NCBI RefSeq assembly: GCF_001194135.2
Contig: NC_069009.1
Coordinates: 10,096,455 to 10,140,712, forward strand
Direction of reading: 5' to 3'
Length of the DNA stretch: 44,258 nucleotides
Source: Octopus bimaculoides
Lineage: Eukaryota
In this document: positions 36,178 through 44,258 of the stretch, piece after piece
Layout: every line of letters starts with the position of its first letter
How positions within the stretch are numbered: position 1 is the first letter of the stretch
Notes under the pieces: generated by a model
Told to the model about the DNA's origin: nothing
The model's input: the letters and a program-made list of their open reading frames with translations, nothing else
The model's database searches: none
Made by a program: the position numbers and the translations under genes

Positions 36178-36224
<47 letters not shown>

Positions 36225-37352
36225 TATTCATGATGCTGATTATTGCGATGATGATGATGATGATGATGAAGTGAAACGTAAGAAATTAGAAAGGGTGGGA
36301 AGGATGAGTAAAAGAAGCAAAATGTATATCTTGATAAATAAGGTACAGATAAAGTAGAAGACAACAGAGAGACATGAGATAATGTACATATTTATATGCG
36401 TATATATATATATNNNNNNNNNNNNNNNNNNNNNNNNNNNNNNNNNNNNNNNNNNNNNNNNNNNNNNNNNNNNNNNNNNNNNNNNNNNNNNNNNNNNNNN
36501 NNNNNNNNNNNNNNNNNNNNNNNNNNNNNNNNNNNNNNNNNNNNNNNNNNNNNNNNNNNNNNNNNNNNNNNNNNNNNNNNNNNNNNNNNNNNNNNNNNNN
36601 NNNNNNNNNNNNNNNNNNNNNNNNNNNNNNNNNNNNNNNNNNNNNNNNNNNNNNNNNNNNNNNNNNNNNNNNNNNNNNNNNNNNNNNNNNNNNNNNNNNN
36701 NNNNNNNNNNNNNNNNNNNNNNNNNNNNNNNNNNNNNNNNNNNNNNNNNNNNNNNNNNNNNNNNNNNNNNNNNNNNNNNNNNNNNNNNNNNNNNNNNNNN
36801 NNNNNNNNNNNNNNNNNNNNNNNNNNNNNNNNNNNNNNNNNNNNNNNNNNNNNNNNNNNNNNNNNNNNNNNNNNNNNNNNNNNNNNNNNNNNNNNNNNNN
36901 NNNNNNNNNNNNNNNNNNNNNNNNNNNNNNNNNNNNNNNNNNNNNNNNNNNNNNNNNNNNNNNNNNNNNNNNNNNNNNNNNNNNNNNNNNNNNNNNNNNN
37001 NNNNNNNNNNNNNNNNNNNNNNNNNNNNNNNNNNNNNNNNNNNNNNNNNNNNNNNNNNNNNNNNNNNNNNNNNNNNNNNNNNNNNNNNNNNNNNNNNNNN
37101 NNNNNNNNNNNNNNNNNNNNNNNNNNNNNNNNNNNNNNNNNNNNNNNNNNNNNNNNNNNNNNNNNNNNNNNNNNNNNNNNNNNNNNNNNNNNNNNNNNGT
37201 GAGTAGAAAACACAAATTTAATATAAAAACATATTTCCTGAAATTGCAAATTATTTAAAATATAAAAATATAATTTTCAACAGAGAGAATTTATCAAAAT
37301 AGAAAACAAATGAAGTTTGAAGTTTAAAAATAATAGGATAGACCACTCACGA

Positions 37353-37486
37353 CTAGCTAGCGCGGACGCGCGACTGCGCATTCGGGACCACTCTGCTTTA
37401 AGTAGTACCCTTATACTCTGTGTGTTTTCAAACGCATGGATATAGGTGTCAAATTTGTTCCAATAACTTTCGAGTGATAGATAGAT

Positions 37487-37519
<33 letters not shown>

Positions 37520-37640
37520 TAGCTCGCTCCGGCCAGTCATGGTATTAGCTGTCAGTAGCCAAAGAATCAACTTAAACCAGCAGTAACGTTCCTTGTCAGA
37601 TTTTTCTACTTTCACTTCTGACAGCTAATACCATGACAGT
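37353..37640 (-). mobile_element. DINE-1/HINE-like non-autonomous rolling-circle element
   Basis: Minus-strand order: perfect 20-bp inverted repeat (37536-37555 / 37618-37637), (TCTG)n microsatellite (~37477-37520), GC-rich hairpin CGCG-cgtc-CGCG, then CTAGCTAG|T at 37353. Confidence 0.55.
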
Positions 37641-38477
37641 CCCTTTAACATAATCAAAGTTTACAATCAAGAGTTCGTATATCAAGTCAATTAAAAGTTC
37701 TTTTACTTCTTTGTTTTTCTTTTCTTTGAACAACATGTCACAACAAAGTTTTCTTTTCTTTTCCACCAGTTAACATCACAGTTAACGAAATCTCTTTTTC
37801 TTTTAAAACATGTAACAACAAAGTTCTCTCTTTAAAGAATATTTAAACAAACCTTCACCACAAGAATTTCCTTTCCTTCAAAGCTCCCACTACAATCCAC
37901 AAGAAGTGACCAACTACAATTTTTTTGCCTGCCACAACAGTTCCATCTCTCTGTCCCTCTCTCTCTTAGACTCTATCCATTTTTGCTGACTGGTACCTTC
38001 TGACCATAGCCTCTTTCTGTCAGTCTCTCTGTTCATCTTGCTGACCGCTGCTGTCACATACTCGTTCTTCACTACATCGACTGCCATTCCATCTGCTCCT
38101 CCACTGGCTGCTGGTCTTCACACCGGCTCCCGTTCTTCCTCCAACTGCCGTACGCCAACTGCTCTGGCCAACCGCTTGTCTGCCAACTGCCAGATACCGA
38201 CTCCGTACGCCAACTGCCTGCTGTCGTATCTATGAGAGATACCGTACCCAATAGTCCTTACTCCCTCCAAAGCTGGGTCAGTTTAGTACAATTCCTAACT
38301 TGTTTTTCTCAACTTTCGATGACCAGAAAGGGTCCGCGATCATCCTCCTACGCTATAAATAGCTGTGCTTGTTGACAGGACAAAAGAAATAACATTATCC
38401 TCAACAACCAGAATACGGTTTCAAACCCAGCTCGGGGAATAGGGACATAGCGTTATTTTGTATTTCGGCGGTCCGTA

Positions 38478-38488
38478 TCAATATATAC

Positions 38489-38550
<62 letters not shown>
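38478..38550. repeat. (TA)n(TG)n microsatellite
   Basis: Direct inspection. Confidence 0.95.
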
Positions 38551-39367
38551 CTTTGTGTTTGTGTATGGGGCTGTTTGTGTGCATAGGAGATATGTTTATA
38601 TGTATGGGGGGTATTTGTATGTATATCGCTGGAATACGTAGGTATATGGATATGGGAGCGTATTGATTGCACATTAACCACTGACTTTTCCAACTGGCTG
38701 AAATCCCAAAATCATTAACACTTAGCTGCAAATGGAAAATATGAAAACGTTTAAGTAATTTAACTAAAGTATTTCGGAACAAATATATAAATAAGTGGAA
38801 ACTGTGTTTGTCATGAAAGCATTTGCCTCTTTTATAAACCTCTTAGTATAGATATACCGGGGAGAAGATGAAAGAAAGAGTTAATGCATACAACGTCAAA
38901 CTTACATGGTTAGATACATTATGGTATGTGTAAGTGTGTGTGAGGTATACAAGTATATTTATGACCGTGTATAAGTTTCGTTATGCATTCTTTATGTGCC
39001 GTCTTGTTTATGAGAAAAAACGTATAGGGAGACGTTATCAGAGAAAACTGGGAGTAAGATACAAAAACTGTCATTTACAAAACGGGTGTTTCATGAAGTA
39101 TACAAGTGAAAACGTTTTATTTGTCCTTGAGTGTGTATGTGCATATGTATATTTATGTATATTCCTGTCACCTTTTCTCATCTTCATTTTGATCTTTGCA
39201 TGTTCCATTCTTTTCCTTTCATATTCATTTTGCATTCATATACAACGTTTTGCAATTTTTCTCGGCAATGCGCTAATTCTTCCCAGTTGTCAATAGGAAC
39301 ATTTACCTTATTCAATCCTGACTTCAGACAATCTTCGTACCTCATCTTTGGTTTCTGGGACGGACAC

Positions 39368-39519
39368 TGTTATCTCTCAAGCTACTGCTATCTAGCACCT
39401 TCCGACGATCTCTACACGATTGCAACTCAACAGTTAGTCGACTCTTCCCACGATCAGAGTACCTCTATTTATATGTCTTGGTCGATCCTATTTCTTCATT
39501 TGGGGGCGTCGACACAACA
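39368..39519 (-). repeat. Gypsy 3' LTR (~152 bp)
   Basis: TG...CA ends; immediately follows the PPT; left boundary confirmed by the empty site in the paralog (GGACAC|TTACC at ~14160). Confidence 0.7.
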
Positions 39520-42500
39520 CCTCCCCATTTTGAGTATTTTTTTCTCTTTCAAAAAAAAACGCTTCCTCGACGCGACGCTTCCCGTCTAGGGATAACGTCC
39601 ACTATTTATACGTATTGGACTTGCCCATCTATCGTCTGGGGCGTCCAAACAACACCTGTCCACACAACACCTGTCCACACAACATCTCTCCCTTTTGAGA
39701 GTATTTTTTTTNNNNNNNNNNAACTTTGTCATATTTGTATCTTCAAAGGTTTCCTGTCTGGTCTTCCTTAAAGCTCTCTTGAATGTGTCGACGAATCTTT
39801 CTGCTAACCCATTTGACCTTGGGTGGTGTGGCGGAGTTAACACATGCTTCATCTGAACCGACTTACAGAATCTTTTGAACTGCTTCGCTATAAATTGTGT
39901 CCTAATATCTGACACGACCGTTTCTGGCAATCCATACCGAGCGAACAGTTCTTCTAAGAAGTCAATCGTCACACTTGTGGTTGGCCTTGAACATTTACAC
40001 ACTTCAGTCCATTTAGAATAGCTATCCACCACAATGATATAATACGAGCCATTTAATGATCCTACGAAATCCACATATAGTCTAGACCATGCCGAATCCG
40101 TATTTGGTCAAGGCTGTATATGCACTGGGAGCGCCTTTGCTGCCATTGCACATCCTGTACACTGTTGTACCAGTCTCTCAATTTGCTCGTCCATATTTGG
40201 CCAATAAACGTAACTTCTCATAAGGCTCTTCATCCGGACAATCCCCAGATGTCCAGCATGAAAATCTTTTAATACTCAGTTTTGCACTATTTCAGGTATT
40301 ACAATTCTTTGCGCGTATAATAATACCTCATCACATACTGAATAGTGCTTTGAACCTATGTCCCGCTCCTTTATATTTTTTGTGTTACACAGCATATTTT
40401 TAATCCTATTTATAAACTTATCATTTTGCCATTTCAATTTAATTTCTTCCAGCTTTACGGGCAAATCACGTACTTCATTGCATAAAATGTTCTTCAATTC
40501 CTTTTCTAGTTTTAACGATGCAATCACCGTGTCTTCAAAAGGTTCCTAATATCTTGGAATCAGCCTAGACAACCCGTCTGCGTGTCCCATTTTCATTGAT
40601 GGCAAGAACTCCATCTGAAAATCGTAGTTCAACAGAGTAGTTCTCCAGCGCTGTAAGCGGTTTGCTGAGTGCGTGGGGATACCCTTTTACGAACCGAAAA
40701 TAAGCATTAACGGTCGGTGATCCGTTTGCAGTGTAAACGTCCTCTCATGCAAGAATTTATAGAACTTTTTGACTGCGAAGATTAATGATAACGTCTCTGT
40801 TTGAATCTGGCAGTAGATTCTTTCTGCTGGTAACAGAACCCTCGATGCATGTGCAATAGCCTTAATTTTACCATCATTAAATTTATGCAATATTACCGCT
40901 CCTATGCCATATTCGCTGGCGTCCGATGCCAAAATTATTTTCAATTTTGGATTGAAATGAGTTAATGATAACTCTGAAGTTAACCGCTCTTTTAGTTCCT
41001 CGAATGATTTCTGACATCCATTTGTCTGGCTCCATTTCGAGTCCTTCTTTAGTAATTTGTTCAAAGGAGCTCTTAGCTCATACATTTTAGGTATATACAA
41101 CTGGTAATAACTTACCAACCCTAACAATGCTTGTAGTGTTGTTTTTTAGTGGGCACAGGCATAGTTTTTTATCGCGTCAATCCTAGATGGGTCTGGTTTT
41201 CTTCCGTTTTCATCAATCATCTGCTCTAAGTACGTTATTTTGGTAAAAAAAATCACGTTTATCCTCTCTTACTTTAAATCCATAATCACTTATTCGTTTG
41301 AAAACCTCTTCTATATGTTCACTATGTTGGTCCCTTGATTCACTTTTAATCAGTATGTCATCTAGGTATGGGACCGCTAACTCACAATCTGCCAGCATAG
41401 TATCCATTACTTGCTGAAATATTGCTAATGCAACTTTCACCCCAAATGGCAGTCTTTTGAAACGGTACAGACCTTTATGAGTATTAATTGTTAATACTTT
41501 AGCACATTCTTCGTCTACCTGTAATTGGAGGTAGGCCTCAGAAAAATCCAGCTTGGAAAAATTTTTCGCCCATTGCACTTGGCAAATATTTCCTCTGGAT
41601 TTGGCAGCGGATAATTATACTTTTTTAAACAGTCTTTCAGCCCATTTGAGAAGTCCGCTCATACTCTTACCTCGCTCTTCTTCTTTTTTATATATACCGT
41701 AGGAGCTTCCCACTCCGAGTAATCCACTTTTTCTATTACTTCCATATCTTCCAATCGTTTTAATTCCTTCTCAACTTGATTCAACGCCGCAAATGGTACA
41801 TACCTTTTCGGTTTAAACACCGGCACAGCATTTTCTTTTTACTCAAATTTTACTTTAATGTTTTCACATATACCGAGCTCTTTCGAAAAAATATCCGGGT
41901 ACGTCCTTTTCAGTTTTAATTTCATTTTTTCCGATGCTTTCTCTGACACGGGCTGTGACGCATTCACCTTATTACATAATGTATTCAGTGATAGATCCCA
42001 CAGGTCGAATCCTTCCATTAAATCTGTCCCAAACAAATTCATTATATGTTTGATATCATTAGTTTACATATCCGTGTCCTGTATTTGAGTTTTACATCTG
42101 CTGTGGTTTCACCCAAGAATCGAACTCATTCCCCTGACACACCGTGGGCTATCCTCGTAGTATTTTTATACAACGGCCTGCCTATTTTACTCCATGTTGC
42201 CGTATGTATTATCGATACATCTGAACCTGTATCTAATGGCATTTTGGTCTGAAATCCATTTATTTCTACCGATACAAATTTTCGGTTTTGTCTGGTATAG
42301 TTTACTTTTGTTGAGTAGACTTTCTTTTGTTTTACCGTTTTCTTTGACTGGCATTTCGTCTGTATATGCCCAAATTTAGCACACTTAAAATAGGTTTTAT
42401 CTTTAAAGGGGCAATCTTTCCTCAAATGTCGCTCTCCGCAGCCATAGCTCTTGGTTCAAATTTGATAATATTATTTTTCTAATTTCCGCGTCTTCCGTTG

Positions 42501-43082
42501 CCACTAGCCCTTTAACGAATATTAAACACTTGAACATATCTGGCGTTAATTCTTCCAACTTGAACCTTTCGCAAGCCTTGCTAACCATACCAACATATGT
42601 CACAAAATCATCGGACACGTTTTTCTTTAAGTTTAAACATTCCCATCGAATGTTAAACTGTGAACTTTTCTCGCTAAAAATATTCGTCAAAATATTTATC
42701 GTTTCCTCAAAACACAATTCCGCGGGCTTTCTCGGCAAAATAAAGTTACAAAAACTTTCGTGTTCCGGAGTAGCAAGCTTTCGCAAAATGAGTCCTAACT
42801 TCCTTTCATTAGACCATCCCTTGCATTCCTCTCGGAATATATCGTCGTATCGTCTGTAATATGCAGCAAAAGTACTTCCTTCATCTGGATTGTACTGAAA
42901 TTCTTCGATGGAATTTGCAACACCATCTGCTGAAAAGGATTCTGTATTATTTCTCGCCTGCAGTAACAATTATATTAACTTCTGTAGTTGCTGCTGCTGC
43001 TGCTTGTGTTGTTTCACTGCTGCTTTCAGTAAATCTTCCATTTTGGGTGCTATTAGAAACCTCGTTGCCACTGTTGTATCGC
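39368..43082 (-). mobile_element. Ty3/Gypsy LTR retrotransposon, near-complete internal region, inactivated; 5' LTR almost wholly deleted
   Basis: PBS TGGCAACGAGG (43070-43060) after ...GATACAACA; gag (ORF 42403-42969) with CYGCGERHLRKDC and FKCAKFGHIQTKC knuckles; protease LDTGSDVS; RT (YRFKRLPFGV, YLDDILI); RNase H (DASEYGIGAV, LQTDHRPL); integrase (H..H.GI..MK..MR..VYWPNM..C..C, VDSYSKW, VSDIRTQF, SNGLAERFV); PPT AAAATGGGGAGG; 3' LTR 39519-39368 (TGTTGTG...TAACA). PR-RT-RH-IN order. Confidence 0.95.
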
Positions 43083-43700
43083 GATACTCCACAGTGGTTG
43101 TATTCAACACCGAAACATTTCCCTTTTTCGAACACCTCATCGTTACTCACAAGCATTTTCCAGCGGATCCTGAAATCCTTCTGAGACATTGTTGATGACC
43201 CCCCCCCCCCATAGATTTCAATTGCTTACGATACACAGTCCAGGCTTGGCAAGCTTACAATANNNNNNNNNNNNNNNNNNNNNNNNNNNNNNNNNNNNNN
43301 NNNNNNNNNNNNNNNNNNNNNNNNNNNNNNNNNNNNNNNNNNNNNNNNNNNNNNNNNNNNNNNNNNNNNNNNNNNNNNNNNNNNNNNNNNNNNNNNNNNN
43401 NNNNNNNNNNNNNNNNNNNNNNNNNNNNNNNNNNNNNNNNNNNNNNNNNNNNNNNNNNNNNNNNNNNNNNNNNNNNNNNNNNNNNNNNNNNNNNNNNNNN
43501 NNNNNNNNNNNNNNNNNNNNNNNNNCCCCCATAGATTTCAATTGCTTACGATACACAGTCCAGGCTTGGCAAGCTTACAATAAAGGGGTTAAGATACATG
43601 TATTTTATACCTTAATTTTTGGTGCAGTGGAATTATCATGTCTAGACCATTGGGAGTCTCACAGTTTGCCAAAAGCAAAACTGGCTTTCTGAATGCGTAG
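43082..43700 (-). mobile_element. Paralogous RTE LINE segment (copy 2), without the Tc1 insertion
   Basis: Matches 14250-14500 and 15430-15449; reads continuously LSLRIQKASFAFGKL*DSQWSRH across the position occupied by Tc1 in copy 1. The left part of this RTE lies at 39150-39367. Confidence 0.85.
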
Positions 43701-44258
43701 TGACAAAATACATGGAGCTGTAAACTAAACAATCACCAAGTTTTCTTGCACTGTATATATGTATGTATGTACGTATGTATGCATGTACGTATGCATATAT
43801 AAATTTATATACATATATAATTTATCACTAGACCACACACACCCTCACACCCGCCTACACACCCACACATTAACATTCACACACACGCACTCACACACAT
43901 TTATATATATTTCTGCATGTATCTATATGTGTTTGTATAGTGCACAAGATGTTCAGGTCCTCAAAATCATTTTAAATACTATTTCAAAAGGAAAGTGAGT
44001 ATTGAGATGGATGTGCTGCTCAACATCCAATTAAATTTGTTGGCAGATGCTTGAGTGTGGTTTGGAAGTTAGTTAACTTAGTAAATATAATCTGTGTTGT
44101 ACGGTAGGAAATAAAGCAGTGGTGATTGTACTCCTGGTGAAAGAAATGTTTCGAGATATGTGGGCTTCCTTTGTCACCCTTAGATTGAGTTTCCCCGCTG
44201 TTAGGGTGTTTTAGTAGTCTTTATATTATTATTTACACAGTTTAATACAAATATCCAT

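Larger units (their letters stand above)
33414..44258 (+). repeat. Segmental duplication copy 2 (runs off the window end)
   Basis: See copy 1. Carries its own insertions (~37.2-38.5 kb block, Gypsy) and lacks the Tc1 insert, the internal tandem duplicate and ~16005-17880. Confidence 0.9.

Noticed and set aside
37660-38460. Pyrimidine-rich block with short internal repeats and CTATAAATAG, as a possible solo LTR or promoter
   Set aside because: No TG...CA boundaries or TSD could be identified; unclassified.
38625-38825. Possible small host exon on the minus strand (TTTCATATTTTCCATTTGCAG acceptor, then LSVNDFGISASWKSQW)
   Set aside because: No convincing donor, no recognisable peptide, and no partner exons; cannot be supported without RNA-seq.
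43203-43582. Direct repeat of ~57 bp on both sides of the N-gap
   Set aside because: Identical sequence flanking a gap is typical of overlapping contig ends (assembly artefact). The duplicate at 35985-36110 and 36275-36410 next to a gap may be similar.

Overview
This is AT-rich, microsatellite-rich eukaryotic DNA from a gapped scaffold with about 11 N-runs. The repeat content suggests an invertebrate, possibly a cephalopod such as Octopus (inference from recollection, not a search). I found no supportable host protein-coding gene, RNA gene or CRISPR array. The window is almost entirely decayed, nested mobile elements: several R4/Dong-type RT+RLE non-LTR retrotransposon copies, a Tx1/L1-type 3' fragment, an RTE-type LINE with an apparent twin-priming inversion, Tc1-like DDE fragments, two head-to-tail Helitrons, small Helentron/DINE-like elements and a near-complete but dead Ty3/Gypsy element. 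A diverged direct segmental duplication links ~8.9-18.3 kb and ~33.4-44.3 kb, and its two copies carry different insertions. The most unusual structure is a head-to-tail array of three diverged ORF1/gag-like (CCHC zinc knuckle) units with no pol/ORF2 at ~29.2-33.4 kb. They share an unrecognised C-terminal domain and a 3' UTR, and in one unit the zinc-knuckle codons have expanded into a 19-bp minisatellite. All alignments and translations outside the supplied ORF track were done by eye, so boundaries are approximate (about +/-20-50 bp unless a motif is quoted).
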